Program-made: the position numbers and the translations under genes
Origin: an uncultured Planctomycetota bacterium
GTDB taxonomy: Bacteria; Planctomycetota; Planctomycetia; Pirellulales; Lacipirellulaceae
Assembly (NCBI GenBank): GCA_963719315.1
Contig: CAVRBU010000011.1
Span: 139,372-203,371, forward strand
Direction of reading: 5' to 3'
Length of the DNA stretch: 64,000 bases
In this document: positions 21,482 through 33,000 of the stretch, piece after piece
Layout of the letters: each line of letters begins with the position of its first letter
How positions within the stretch are numbered: the first letter of the stretch is position 1
The notes under the pieces: model-generated
Databases searched by the model: none
What the model saw: only the letters and a program-made list of their open reading frames with translations
Told to the model about the DNA's origin: nothing

Positions 21482-23188
21482 ATGCTGAAGGTGGAGGATT
21501 ACGGCAGGATACGTCGTGCTCATCGCGATGGCATGAGCATTCGGGAGATCGCCCGGACGTTTGGGCATTCGCGACGAAAGATCCGCGAGGCACTGGCGCA
21601 GGCAGAGCCGCGGCCTTACACGCTGTCGCTACCGCGACCGCGGCGGGTGCTGACCGATGTGCACCAGCAATGGATCGGCGCGATTCTCGTCGAAGATGAG
21701 CAGGCGCCTCGCAAGCAACGTCACACAGGAGCGCAACTCTTTCGGCGGCTGCGGGACGAAGAGCAGTACGTCGGCAGCTACGACCAGGTGCGAAGGTACG
21801 TGGCCGCGACGCGGGGGCGGCAGCGCGAAACGTTTCTCCCTTTGTCGTACGAGCCAGGCCAACGGGCCGAGAGCGACTTCGGTCAGATCTGGGTCGACTT
21901 CCCGGAAGGCAGGCGCCAGGTTCCGATCCTGCTGGTGACGTGGGCCTACTCAAACGCCACCTTTATGATTGCGCTGCCGAGCGAAAAGACCGAGGCGATC
22001 CTGCATGGCACGGTGGCGGCGTTTGCGTTTTTTCGTTGCGTGCCCAAAGAACTGTGGTGGGATAATCCAAGAACCGTTGCGACCACGATTCTGCGTGGCC
22101 GCCAACGGGAGTTGAACCAGCGCTGGCAGGCGCTGGCCAGTCACTACAACTTCGAGCCGTTGTTCTGCCTGCCGGCTCGCGGTAACGAAAAGCCGCACGT
22201 CGAGAACCGGGTGAAGCTGTTGGAGCGCCAGTGGGCGACGCCGGTCCCTCAAGTGAAGGATCTGACAGAGCTAAATGCCTACCTGCTTCAATGCTGCGAG
22301 CGGGATGCTCGGCGGACGATTGCGGGCCACAGCGAAACGATCGGCGCGCGCTTCGCGACAGAGCAGATTAGCGCCTTGCCGCTGCCCGAGCGCCCGTTTG
22401 AAGCCGCCGTGAGCGAGGTCCGTCAAGTCGACAAGTACCAGACGGTCGCCTGGGAGAAGAATCGCTACAGCGTGCCGCGGCGGCATGCGTTCGCCACGGT
22501 CACGGTAAAAGCCACTATCGATCGCATCGAAGTCATCCGCGACGGCCAGCGGATTGCCCGGCACGAGCGCTCCTACGGACAGGGCGAGCAAGTGCTCGAT
22601 CCGCTGCACTACCTGTCCACTCTGGGAGTGAAGCCAGCCTATTTGGATCACACTGACGTCTACCGCAATTGGCGTCTGCCGGCGGCGTTTACCCAGTTGC
22701 GCGAACATTTTGAAACACGCCACGGATCGTTGCCGGGCGCTCGGCAATTCATCCGCGTGCTGCAGCTGTTGGCAGAGCACCCGCTGACTCGGGTTGAGCA
22801 GGCCATCCAGGCCTGCCGCGGCGACGGCGTCGTCACGGCCGAGCGGATTGCTGGGCTCTGCGAGCGACTGGCGCTGCGCTCCACCCGCGGCGAAGCGAAC
22901 CTAATCGGGCAGCTGCGATCGATTCCTGCGGTGCAAGTCCCGCTGCCGGACTTGCGCCGCTTTGACTCGTTACTCTCTCACGGAGGAGAAGATCATGGCC
23001 CAGAAAGAAACGCCCCTGTTACTGCGTTCGAACCTCAAGGCGCTACGCCTGCCGACGATGCTGGCCGAGTATGGCAAGCTCGCCGGGGAAGCGACCAACA
23101 GCAACCAGGACTACCTCGACTATCTGTTGCGCCTGACGGAGTTGGAGTTAGCCACACGCAGTGCCAATGCTCTGCAGGCGCGCATTAA
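21482..23188 (+). CDS. istA: IS21 transposase IstA
   Basis: N-terminal HTH; DFG, WDN and EKPHVE DDE motifs; overlaps istB. Confidence 0.92.
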   Translation: MLKVEDYGRIRRAHRDGMSIREIARTFGHSRRKIREALAQAEPRPYTLSLPRPRRVLTDVHQQWIGAILVEDEQAPRKQRHTGAQLFRRLRDEEQYVGSYDQVRRYVAATRGRQRETFLPLSYEPGQRAESDFGQIWVDFPEGRRQVPILLVTWAYSNATFMIALPSEKTEAILHGTVAAFAFFRCVPKELWWDNPRTVATTILRGRQRELNQRWQALASHYNFEPLFCLPARGNEKPHVENRVKLLERQWATPVPQVKDLTELNAYLLQCCERDARRTIAGHSETIGARFATEQISALPLPERPFEAAVSEVRQVDKYQTVAWEKNRYSVPRRHAFATVTVKATIDRIEVIRDGQRIARHERSYGQGEQVLDPLHYLSTLGVKPAYLDHTDVYRNWRLPAAFTQLREHFETRHGSLPGARQFIRVLQLLAEHPLTRVEQAIQACRGDGVVTAERIAGLCERLALRSTRGEANLIGQLRSIPAVQVPLPDLRRFDSLLSHGGEDHGPERNAPVTAFEPQGATPADDAGRVWQARRGSDQQQPGLPRLSVAPDGVGVSHTQCQCSAGAH

Positions 23189-23764
23189 ACAGGCTGGCTT
23201 CCCGGTGCAGAAGGACCTCGATGCATTCGACTTTACGCAGCGCCCGGCCTCTCGAAGCCCAAGATCCTGGAACTGGCCCGCTGCGGCTGGATTGATCAGC
23301 GTCAGAACTGCTGCCTGTTGGGTAGTTCGGGAACTGGAAAAACGCATCTGGCCATCGCCTTGGGCCTGGCCGCCTGCCGACTGGGCAAGCGAGTCCGCTT
23401 CTTTACCGCTGCCACACTGGTCAATCGCTTGGAAGAGACGCAGAAGCAGTACCAGCTCGAGCGATTGTTGAAGCAGCTCGACAAGCTCGATCTGCTTGTC
23501 TGCGACGAGCTCGGTTATCTCTCGTTCAATCGCAGCGGAGCGGAACTGCTGTTCCAGGTATTCGCCGATCGCTACGAGCGATCCAGCCTGTTGATCACCA
23601 GCAACTTGCCGTTCAGCGAATGGCAGCAGGTGTTTCAGGGAGAACGGATGACAGCTGCTCTCTTGGACCGGCTGACGCACCACTGCGAAATCTTTGAGAT
23701 GAACGGTGAAAGCTACCGCTTCCGGGAGTCGATGAAACAAAAGCGAACCACCAAGGGCAAGTAG
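22995..23764 (+). CDS. istB: IS21 helper ATPase IstB, frameshifted near 23236
   Basis: LKALRLP N-terminus, GSSGTGKTHLA, CDELGY, LLDRLTHH; span is one base short of an intact frame. Confidence 0.9.
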
Positions 23765-24003
23765 CTTTCGGGCGACCCGTCGGCAAAACGTTCGCAAATC
23801 GCGCAACAAAATGGAGAGTTTACTCTAACCCATTAAGTGAACTAACGGAGGCGGCCGCGCGAGACCTTCGAAGGGTCTCGCGGGCCGCTCCCCAACTAAC
23901 CAGGTGGGCCCAGATTCAACGCCCAGGTGGGTCCCATTTCAATGCCGATCTCCAGGCGATACAAATCGCGGCTCTCAACGAAACACTTCAAGATTACCCA
24001 ACA

Positions 24004-26095
24004 TTGATTCAAAAATCGTTCGCAACCTTGCTTACTGCTGCCGCGTTTGCCGCCACTTGGCCAGCCGGCAACGCCTTCGCCGCGCCCCCAGATGATTTTC
24101 CCCGATTCATCGTTCCAGGCCACGAAGCCGAAATGGACTCGCTGCGAGGTTTGTTTTGGCTGCACTACGCGAAGGCCGGACCTCGCATCGCCCTCTGGGA
24201 CGAATGGCTGGCAAACTCCACACTCTGGCCCGCGCGGCACCGGTGCCGAACTCGACGACATGCGCCACCGTTCGGCGCAAGCCCTCACCAACCGCCCCAT
24301 CAATGCCGAAGGGTACATCCTCACTCAACAGCACGACGGCCCCGCCCACGCCGAAGGTTGGCCCTTCCCCACCTGGATGCAAGCGGGCGGCATTGGTTGG
24401 CACTTCCGTCCGATCGGCGTCGCCGGTTACGAGGCGCCGCCCGCCAAACCAACCAACTGGAATCTCGATCACGCCAAAGACGAAGGCGTGAACGATCGCG
24501 GCTGGCGGATTGAACTCTTGGCCCCCGAGGCGATCGCACAAACGCCCCACTTCGCGATCGACTCTCGCCAGTCGCCATGGCTGCGCCTCAATTGGTGGGC
24601 CACCGGCTTAGGATCGACAAAATGCTACGTCGAATGGACCACCCAAGATGCGCCGCGATTTACCAGCGAGCGGCGTGTCTATTTCGCGCCTCCCGCCGAT
24701 GCCGATCCAGCGAACAGCGGCGAAACGCGCACGATGATTCCCGTCTATCGAGAGCCCGGCTGGAAAGGCTTCGTGACCGGGCTGCGCATCGGATTCGCAA
24801 ATGCCGGCACTGCTCAAGTCACCATTAAATCGTTTCACACCTCGTGCGATACGCGACACAATATCAATAACGTCAGTTACATCCGCGGTTGCTGCGACTA
24901 TTTCCTCTGGTCGCTCGACACCACATTCCTCCGCAATCGCATGGAACGAATTCGCTGGGCCATGCGGTTCGTCGAGCGCGAATTTCAAACGCGCGCCAAG
25001 AAGTGCATTTACACCACCTGGGCCGGGAATGAGGGCCGCAGCGGCGTCGAGTGGATCGACGGCAAAAAGCACATCATTCCCGGCCAAGGCGTTGGCAGCA
25101 ATTACTGGGATCTCCTCCCATTTGGCGGCGAAGACGCCCTGGCCACGGTCTACTACTACAACACGCTCGAAAAACTTGCCGACCTCGAAGAGCAGATCGC
25201 CGCGCATCCCGATTGGAAGGTTCCCACGCCTGGCGCCTACGCCCCCGCCGATCTGCGCCAGCATGCCGCGGAAGTGAAAGCTTACTTCGACGAGCGATTT
25301 TGGAACAAAGAAACAGGCCGCTTCGGCACCATCGACCTCGATGGCCAACTGCACGATTACGGCTTCACCTTCCTCAACAACGAAGCTGTAGCATTTGGCA
25401 TCACGACCCCAAATCAGGCCCGCTCGATCCATGCTTGGATCAGCGGCACACGTACCGTGCCCGGCGATACTTCTACCGGCAGCGAAATCTATCACTGGCG
25501 TTTCGGCCCGCGCTCAACAACCCGCCGCAACATCGACTATTATTTCTGGGGCTGGTCCAATCCAGAAAGCGTTCCTTGGGGCTCACAAGTGCAAGACGGC
25601 GGTGCCGTCCTCGGCGGGTCGTACTACGATCTGATGGCCCGCCTGAAAACGGCTGGCCCCGACGACATCGCGCCCCGCTTATCGGCCATCGCCGCCTGGT
25701 TCGACGAAACGCAGCGCGAGGGTGGCTACCGGCCGTACTACGCCAAAGATCCCGCCCGCGGATCGCTCCAAGGCGGCGGCGCCGCCGCCGGCTTAGGCCT
25801 CGACCGCGAGTTCGTCGAAAGCGTGATGGTTACCCAAGTGATGCTCTACGGACTGCTGGGCTTCCACCCCACCGTCGACGGCTTTGCCGTCTCGCCCCAA
25901 CTGCCTAGCGACTGGCCCGAACTGACGATCACCCGCATTCACCTGCACGACCAAGTCCTCAACATCACGGCATCCCGCGACGGTGGCCTGAAAATCATCG
26001 CCACCGGCACGCCGTCAACAGAACTAATGATCCAAGCACCTCCCGACACAAAGTTGCTTTCAATCCAGGGCGCAAAAGCGCGACTCGTGCGATGA
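24004..26095 (+). CDS. Secreted glycoside hydrolase-like protein (six-hairpin type), frameshifted near 24232
   Basis: Signal peptide in the 24004 frame continues in the 24047 frame; FDERFWN..TGRF and PQLPSDWP.LTI motifs typical of (alpha/alpha)6 glycosidases. Confidence 0.6.
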
Positions 26096-26161
26096 TGCAC
26101 ATCAGAAATCACTGGCATAGCCAGTGGCACCTCGGCGTGAAGCCAGCGCACAACGTACCCT

Positions 26162-26632
26162 TCATTCCTCCGTCAGCGCTTCAAATATCTCCTCCCGATC
26201 TTTCTGAATGGAACCACCGGAGATCACGAAACTTTTTGAAAGCGTCGACCTAACTTTGCCGACTTTCATCACTTTTCCATTCACCACAATTGCCAACGGC
26301 TGGCCCACCGCCGGTGTCGTGGCAACTGATAGTTTCTGAGCCCCTGGCGGCGTTAAGTTGACCGTCATCGAAAGCCTTGCAGGAGAGTCCTCGGAACGTT
26401 GGATCGTGGCAACGTCCGCTGACGCAATGACGGGTGGAACCACGAGATAAACCTGCGTCCCAGTTTGCGGATCGACCGCCGCCCGAGTGTTCGCCGCACT
26501 GCTCGGGGAAACCAGATACACCTCTAGCACGGCCGACTTCGCCAACGCCCGCGGTCGCTCCTTAACCCGCCCGCAAGACGAGCGCTCGAACAAAAGTATC
26601 AATACCAACGGCAACAGGCGTGATCTCTGCAT
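26162..26632 (-). CDS. SecDF P1 head subdomain-like protein
   Basis: LTPPGAQKL..ATT..VGQPLAIVVNGKV motif. Confidence 0.65.
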   Translation of the reverse strand: MQRSRLLPLVLILLFERSSCGRVKERPRALAKSAVLEVYLVSPSSAANTRAAVDPQTGTQVYLVVPPVIASADVATIQRSEDSPARLSMTVNLTPPGAQKLSVATTPAVGQPLAIVVNGKVMKVGKVRSTLSKSFVISGGSIQKDREEIFEALTEE

Positions 26633-27325
26633 GATGTGCGTACCAGAAACTGGTGGAATCGTTCATTGCCCGATGAATTATCTCTGGCTAATATGTTCAT
26701 GCTAACTGTAGCTAGTTGGCACTGGTAAGGTAGCGTGGGGGGTTTTGTTTTTTAGTCCCGTACCACGCAACTACGCAGGCAGTGGCAATACATCCGACAA
26801 ACAGCAGCTTTGGAAGGAAACAAAGCACTGGACCAGAAAATTCGCCATGTCCTTCAATGGGATTGATACATACAAACAGAATCCAAAACGCTCTCACAAC
26901 GAGGTATGGTGGTCAGCTCCCAACAATTAGAGAAGTCAGGCAGCCGCTGCTCGTTCCAGTAGCACTTTAATCGTCCATGAGGTGGTCACATGGTCCGCTA
27001 GCCATCGCCGGTGTGCGACCATTCAGCACTTCGTGCTGCCGACTGAAATTGTAACATGCTGAGAATGCGATAATGACATACAACCACGGATTGCACCAAT
27101 AGCACGGATAAAGCTCTGCCTCGCGATCTTAACTGTGACATCTGGTTTTATCCACACTCTCCGCTTCGGCGTGCAAAAGTGCATAGCGCCCAGGATTCGC
27201 GATGGTTTTGCACTTTCACGCGGAAGAAGGTCGAGCGAAATCCCGCTCATTCCCTCCTCCGCCTTCCACCTTGGTGTAAAAGTCGTATTGCCGCAGGCGG
27301 AAGCCGGGGTCTATCCTCGACAGTC

Positions 27326-28036
27326 ATGCGCAAGCAAACTCCACCAGAGCCGAGCGAGAACGACCGGCCCCCGGAACCGCCGCACGAGTCACCGCTGTCG
27401 TTGAGCCGCTTGCGCGAAGCTTTCACAGCGATGCTTGGAGCCGAAAGTCAAGAGTCGAGAGTCGAGAGTCGAGAACCAGAGGTTGCCCAGGCAGCAAATG
27501 TCGCTCGTCAAATTGTGTGCGAGATCAACCCGCGGTCGGTGGTAGAGGCAATGCTGTTTGTGGGTCGGCCAGACAACGGGCCGCTGTCGGCGCGGGAATT
27601 GGCAGCGACGATGCGCGGCGTTAGCCCCAAGGAAATCGACACCGCGGTGAGTGAGCTCAACGCGGCGTATGATGCGGATCAAGCGCCGTATCGCATCGAG
27701 CAATCCGGCGGCGGATATCGGTTGGTACTGCGGCCCGAATTCAAGCGGATGCGGGAAAAATTCTACGGCCGCGTCAAGGAAGCACGGCTGTCGCCGGCCG
27801 CGATCGAAGTTTTATCCGTCCTGGCGTACAACCAGCCCGCCACGGTTGAGCAATTGAACGAGCTCCGCGGCTCGCCGTGCGGAGCCGCGCTGTCCACCCT
27901 GGTGCGACGAAAACTGGTCCGCTTGGATCGGGCCGGCGACACGCCGCAATACTCCACGACCGAGCGATTCCTCAAGTTGTTTGGACTGGAGAACGTCGCA
28001 GAGCTTCCACGAAGCGAAGAATTGGAAAAGGTCTAG
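27326..28036 (+). CDS. scpB: SMC-Scp complex subunit ScpB
   Basis: VEAMLFV, RLSPAAIEVLSVLAYNQP, YSTTERFLKLFGL. Confidence 0.93.
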   Translation: MRKQTPPEPSENDRPPEPPHESPLSLSRLREAFTAMLGAESQESRVESREPEVAQAANVARQIVCEINPRSVVEAMLFVGRPDNGPLSARELAATMRGVSPKEIDTAVSELNAAYDADQAPYRIEQSGGGYRLVLRPEFKRMREKFYGRVKEARLSPAAIEVLSVLAYNQPATVEQLNELRGSPCGAALSTLVRRKLVRLDRAGDTPQYSTTERFLKLFGLENVAELPRSEELEKV

Positions 28037-28049
28037 CAATAGCAATAGT

Positions 28050-28139
28050 GGTGGCTGGGGTCGAGTGCGCCGCGGCGGACGAGCCCCCAGCTGCCCGCGT
28101 GGTCGGATTGACCCCAATTCAGCCCTCCCCAGCCACCCG
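28050..28139. repeat. Palindromic repeat (GGCTGGGGTCGAG...CCCCAGCCACCC family)
   Basis: Similar to 43444-43517. Confidence 0.65.
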
Positions 28140-28461
28140 CCGGGCTAGGCTTAAGCCGCTTAGTACCTAAAGGTTACGTCGCTAGAGCGGCCGTTGTTGC
28201 AGCGACCAGCGACCATGGCGTTGCCCAATTTCTCCCAATGCGACTACCATAATGGTTGGCCGGCGACTCGGCACCGGGTGTATCCGGGGCATCTGATCCC
28301 AAGACGCGTTCAACGACAGTCGGCCGTGAGCGAACTGGCTTTTCGGCCCTGGCGCTCATTCAGTAACGAGTTGTGTCTCCCCGGTCCGACAACCGTGTTG
28401 GTTTGCCGGAGATAGGCATCGGCCGCTCAGTCTCGTAGCTTCCTTTTGCCGCTGGCACCGT

Positions 28462-29199
28462 ATGGCTCGCCGATTAGTTCGTGAAGAGTTGCAGGCGCGG
28501 CTTCGCGCGGCCAGCCCGGGAATACTGCCGTCGCTGTTGGCGTGCGACTTCGCGCACCTGGAGCGAGAGGTCCACGCGGTGGAAGCGGCCGGCGTGCCCG
28601 CCCTGCACCTCGACGTGATGGACGGCCACTTCGTGCCAAACCTGAGTATCGGCGTGCCGATTGTCGCAGCCGTGCGCCGGATCACCGATTTGCCGTTGGA
28701 CGTACATTTGATGATTTCCGACCCGGCGAAATATATCGAGCCGTTCCGCAAGGCGGGCGCCGATTCGCTGACGATTCACATCGAAGCGGTTCCTGACCCC
28801 CGACCCGTGCTCGATCGAATCCGCACGCTCGGTGCGCTGGCCGGGTTGGCACTCAATCCGCCCACGCCGCTATCCGCGATCGAAACTAGTTTGCCCCATT
28901 GCGATATCGTACTCGTGATGAGTGTGATGCCGGGCTTTGGTGGCCAGAAATTCGAAGACGAGGCTTTAGAAAAACTTAGCGAGCTGCGCGATCGCTCGGA
29001 CTGCGACGCGCTGTTGGAAGTCGACGGCGGAGTAGGGTTGGAAACGGTTGGGTCTTGCGCCGAAGCAGGTGCGGAGATGTTTGTTGCGGGGACGGCGATT
29101 TTTAAGTCGGACGATTGCGCCGGCACTATTCACCGGCTGCGTACCGAGGCGTTTTCCAGTACGGAAACGCGGAGTCGAACAGGCATACACTTCAAGTAA
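28462..29199 (+). CDS. rpe: Ribulose-phosphate 3-epimerase
   Basis: HLDVMDGHFVPN, DVHLM, MSVMPGFGGQ, EVDGG. Confidence 0.97.
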   Translation: MARRLVREELQARLRAASPGILPSLLACDFAHLEREVHAVEAAGVPALHLDVMDGHFVPNLSIGVPIVAAVRRITDLPLDVHLMISDPAKYIEPFRKAGADSLTIHIEAVPDPRPVLDRIRTLGALAGLALNPPTPLSAIETSLPHCDIVLVMSVMPGFGGQKFEDEALEKLSELRDRSDCDALLEVDGGVGLETVGSCAEAGAEMFVAGTAIFKSDDCAGTIHRLRTEAFSSTETRSRTGIHFK

Positions 29200-29206
29200 C
29201 GGTAAT

Positions 29207-29785
29207 ATGGTTCAGCTACTTTTGATTCGCCCGGGCGCCACCGAATACGACCAGCAAGGTCGAGTGCAGGGGACGCTCAGCATTCCGCTGTGCGAGGATG
29301 GTCGGCAGGAGGTCGAAGCGATGGTCGACGAATTGCGCGGGCAACCGATCGCCGCCATTTACTCGAGCCCCTCGCAGTCTGCCGAGCAAACAGCCGAAAG
29401 CCTGGGAAAAGCCCTCGACCTGAAAGTGAAGACGATCGACAAATTCGAGAATCTCGACCACGGGTTGTGGCAGGGAATGCTCGTATCCGAAGTGAAGGCC
29501 AAGCAGCCGAAGGCCTTTCGTCAATGGCAGGAGCAGCCCGAGAACGTCTGCCCGCCGCAAGGGGAGACTCTGAGCGCGGCAAAGCAACGGATTTCACCCG
29601 CGCTCGCGAAATTGCTGAAGAAACACAAATCGGATGACCTGTTCGCCTTAGTTGCACCCGAACCACTTGCCAGTGTGATCCGCAACGTGGTTCGGCAGGA
29701 TACATGGGGCGATTTGTGGAACACTAAGCCAGGAACACCGCGTTGGCAATTGATCGAGATTCCCGAGGCCGCCGTGGCGAAATGA
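29207..29785 (+). CDS. Histidine phosphatase-fold protein lacking the catalytic His
   Basis: LLLIRPG instead of RHG; YSSP..SA.QTA, G.WQG and PPQGE motifs. Confidence 0.8.
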   Translation: MVQLLLIRPGATEYDQQGRVQGTLSIPLCEDGRQEVEAMVDELRGQPIAAIYSSPSQSAEQTAESLGKALDLKVKTIDKFENLDHGLWQGMLVSEVKAKQPKAFRQWQEQPENVCPPQGETLSAAKQRISPALAKLLKKHKSDDLFALVAPEPLASVIRNVVRQDTWGDLWNTKPGTPRWQLIEIPEAAVAK

Positions 29786-30030
29786 ATATGCCTCAATGTG
29801 GAGTCGTTATCCGCCTCGTGATATGATCGAAGGCGACGCTTGCGAAGCTATTAATGAATAACTGAACGACGAAGGACACGAAGGGCACTGAGATCAAACC
29901 TGAATCGATGAGCAAACTAATTCAGACGATCACCGCGCCATCTTCTGCATTAGTTCGCGGTCAAGCATTTTTTACGCTCTTGGTGCCCTAAGTGCTTCGT
30001 GGTTAATGGCTTCGTCCATCGTCTTAATCC

Positions 30031-30879
30031 ATGGCCACCAGCGAATCCGAAACCATTGGGAAATCAAAAATGACGCGTGAAAAGCGCGGCGTGCCCGGTG
30101 GGTTGTGGCTCCGCTGCGAAGATTGCGGCGAGACGATCTTTCGCAAAGAGGCCGAGAAACTGATGAGCGTCTGCCCACAGTGCGGGTATCACATGTACCT
30201 AAGCGCCCCGCAGCGCGTAAAGTGGGTTCTGGACGACGGCACGTTCGAAGAATGGGACGCCGACCTGTCGCCGATGGATCCCTTGGCCTTTCGCGATAAG
30301 AAATCGTACGCCGATCGACTCAAGGCCGAACAGGCCCGCACCGGCATGCGTGACGCTGCCCTGACCGGCACCGGCATGATTCGCGCCCGCCGCGTGGCGT
30401 TCGGCGTCACTGATTCGGCGTTCATCATGGGCAGCATGGGCTCGGTCGTGGGCGAACGGTTGACGCGGCTAGTCGAACGGGCGACCACCGATGGGCTGCC
30501 GTTAATCATCATCAGCGGTTCCGGCGGCGGCGCCCGCATGCACGAAGGCATCCTCTCGCTCATGCAAATGGCCAAGGTGAGCGCGGCCCTCGCGCGATAC
30601 TGCCAGGCTGGCGGGCTCTTTATCTCGGTCCTTACCAATCCGACGATGGGCGGCGTGGCGGCTAGCTTCGCCTCGTTAGGTGACCTCATCTTCGCCGAGC
30701 CGAAAGCGCTCATTGGCTTCGCCGGGCCACGGACGATCAAAGCCACGATTCGTATCGAATTGCCCGAGGGATTTCAAACCAGCGAATTCTTACTCGAGCA
30801 CGGCTACATCGACCGCATCGTTCGCCGCGGCGATCTCAAGAGCGAGATCGCACGAGCCATCGATTACTGCGGCAAGTAG
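30031..30879 (+). CDS. accD: Acetyl-CoA carboxylase carboxyltransferase beta subunit
   Basis: Zn finger [32 protein letters not shown]. Confidence 0.97.
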   Translation: MATSESETIGKSKMTREKRGVPGGLWLRCEDCGETIFRKEAEKLMSVCPQCGYHMYLSAPQRVKWVLDDGTFEEWDADLSPMDPLAFRDKKSYADRLKAEQARTGMRDAALTGTGMIRARRVAFGVTDSAFIMGSMGSVVGERLTRLVERATTDGLPLIIISGSGGGARMHEGILSLMQMAKVSAALARYCQAGGLFISVLTNPTMGGVAASFASLGDLIFAEPKALIGFAGPRTIKATIRIELPEGFQTSEFLLEHGYIDRIVRRGDLKSEIARAIDYCGK

Positions 30880-31076
30880 CCCTTTTTCTTCCGCGCGATT
30901 ACACTGAATAGCAGCGGCCCTCGGATCAGGCAGTGCAAATCTTGTATTGATTTGCTTCCGCCGCCGCTTCAGATCGATCTTTGCAGTGCCCTAGCGCCTT
31001 TGCGTGAGACATGATTTGTGCCTTGTATGGGTAAAGTGTAGTCGTATCTTCGGCACCGCTTGCTTTTTGGACTCCT

Positions 31077-31949
31077 GTGGGCATCGGTCAATTCTTCAAA
31101 TCGTTTCTCGAAGGCGGCAAGGTCGATATCGCCAGCCGGTATGAGATCCTGCGCGAAGCGGTCTCGGGCACGATGTCGAACTTTCACATGGCCCGCGACC
31201 GCATAACCGACCAAATCGTGGGCCTCAAGATTCTGGATAAGGCCAAAACTGACGCCCTGGAGGCCCGATTCAAAGGGCTCAAAAAACCGACAGAAGGCGA
31301 AATCGCGGTGTCGTTTATGCATCCGCGAATTGTTGAGACCTATTCGCACGGCGTCACCACGAACGACGAGCAGTTCTTGGTGATGGAATTCCTCGACGGG
31401 CCCGGCCTGAACTCGCTCCTGATCAGCCGAAGCAACTTGTTGGTTGGCAATCGGCTGAAGCTGGCGCGGCAAGCGGCCGAGGCGCTCGAAGCAGTGCACG
31501 AAGCCGGCTACATCCACCGTGATATCTGCCCGCGGAATTTTGTGTGTTCCAAAGACGCGACTTCCTTGAAACTGATCGATTTCGGACTCACACTGCCGGC
31601 CGAGAAGGAGTTCATGCAGCCCGGCAATCGCACCGGCACGCCGAACTACATGGCGCCCGAGGTGGTGCGCCGCAAACAGACCGACCAGCGCCTGGATATT
31701 TTCGCCTACGGGGTTTCACTGTACGAGTTGTTTTCGTTCGAATTACCCTGGCAACGTGGCGACACGGGCCAGGCAGCGATGTCGCACGGCATGAGCGCAC
31801 CGCCGCCGCTCAGTAAGTATTACCCGAAGATCAACCCGACGCTGGAAGATGCCATCCACAAGTGCATGGAAGCCGATGCCGAAAACCGCTTCCAGAGTAT
31901 CGGACAATTTCAAAAGGCAATCGCCCGGCTCCAGCACGAAGACGCCTAG
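31077..31949 (+). CDS. Stand-alone Ser/Thr protein kinase
   Basis: VGLK, HRDICPRN, DFG, GTPNYMAPE. Confidence 0.9.
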   Translation: MGIGQFFKSFLEGGKVDIASRYEILREAVSGTMSNFHMARDRITDQIVGLKILDKAKTDALEARFKGLKKPTEGEIAVSFMHPRIVETYSHGVTTNDEQFLVMEFLDGPGLNSLLISRSNLLVGNRLKLARQAAEALEAVHEAGYIHRDICPRNFVCSKDATSLKLIDFGLTLPAEKEFMQPGNRTGTPNYMAPEVVRRKQTDQRLDIFAYGVSLYELFSFELPWQRGDTGQAAMSHGMSAPPPLSKYYPKINPTLEDAIHKCMEADAENRFQSIGQFQKAIARLQHEDA

Positions 31950-32017
31950 CGCCGAAGATGGCAGCGGCAGGCATTGCTGCATTGGGCCTCTGATTCGCGG
32001 ACGATATAATCCGGTTT

Positions 32018-32587
32018 ATGGATGACAATCTTTGGCTTGCCTCTGTGCTTGAAACCATTGACAGCCATCGACGATTAGCCGATGGCGCGATTTCGCAATT
32101 AACTGATGAGGAGTTAACGCGGCGGCCGGCGGAGGGCGTCAATAGCGTAGCCGTGATCATGCGGCATATCGCGGGCAACCTCATCAGCCGCTGGACCGAT
32201 TTTCTTACGACCGACGGCGAAAAGCCCACGCGGCATCGTGACGCGGAGTTCGAAGATTGGCCCGGCCATGGCGCGGCACTTCTGCGGCACTTCCACGTCG
32301 GCTGGCAGACTTGGCGCACGGCGATCGAGTCGCTGACTGCGGACGACTTGACGAAAACCGTCACCATCCGCGGCGAACCCCATTCAGTTCCGCTTGCCAT
32401 CGAGCGCTCGCTCACGCATACCGCGTATCACGTAGGCCAGATCATGCTCATCGCGCGGCTCGTCCACGCGGGCGACTGGCAGTGGCAAACCATCCGCCCC
32501 GGCGGCAGCCAGCAGCACAATGAACAAACCTGGGGAACGGCGGCAAGTCGCGGGGCGGCGGGACACTCTTTGGACCAGAATAACTGA
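32018..32587 (+). CDS. DUF1572 / DinB-superfamily protein
   Basis: NSVAVIMRHIAGNLISRWTDFLTTDGEK, HTAYHVGQI. Confidence 0.85.
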   Translation: MDDNLWLASVLETIDSHRRLADGAISQLTDEELTRRPAEGVNSVAVIMRHIAGNLISRWTDFLTTDGEKPTRHRDAEFEDWPGHGAALLRHFHVGWQTWRTAIESLTADDLTKTVTIRGEPHSVPLAIERSLTHTAYHVGQIMLIARLVHAGDWQWQTIRPGGSQQHNEQTWGTAASRGAAGHSLDQNN

Positions 32588-32605
32588 GACAAGCGGGCTT
32601 ACAAC

Positions 32606-32953
32606 GTGACTAAAAGCGCTCTCTACACGTTGATTGGATTCGGCATTGGAGTTCTTGTTTCCATTCCTGCGATTATGATGGCGATCTTATCTGGTGGCGC
32701 GGGGCATGGGGACTATGCATTTGCCCGTGCCCTCTTTCCGCTGCCGATGCTAGTAACACTACTAACGAATGACACAATCTCCTTCCCATCAATCGCGTTG
32801 GCCCTTGTGCAATTTCCAATCTACGGTGGCGTTGTTGGCCACGGCTTGACCGGTGCGTACAATACGCGGTTTCGCGCAATTGTTATTATTGCTGTGTTGC
32901 ACGCCATCTTTGCGGCAATGTGTTTTGCCGGTCTCCTACCTAACTTTTCGTAG
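32606..32953 (+). CDS. Small membrane protein, lower GC
   Basis: Three to four hydrophobic segments; GAGHG motif. Confidence 0.6.
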   Translation: MTKSALYTLIGFGIGVLVSIPAIMMAILSGGAGHGDYAFARALFPLPMLVTLLTNDTISFPSIALALVQFPIYGGVVGHGLTGAYNTRFRAIVIIAVLHAIFAAMCFAGLLPNFS

Positions 32954-33000
32954 ATCGATAGCGGGTCGCGACTACACACAATCGCAAGGATGCCAGGCAC

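Larger units (their letters stand above)
21352..23954 (+). mobile_element. IS21-family insertion sequence
   Basis: TG...CA ends with TGGAGATCGGCATTGAAA inverted repeats and internal reiterations; 7-bp TSD GGCGATA at 21345-21351 and 23955-23961. Confidence 0.95.

Noticed and set aside
23220..23250. Programmed frameshift in istB
   Set aside because: No slippery sequence; fits the window-wide indel pattern
26640..27110. Small AT-rich ORFs between the SecDF-like gene and scpB
   Set aside because: Short with no recognisable family; possibly a decayed insert
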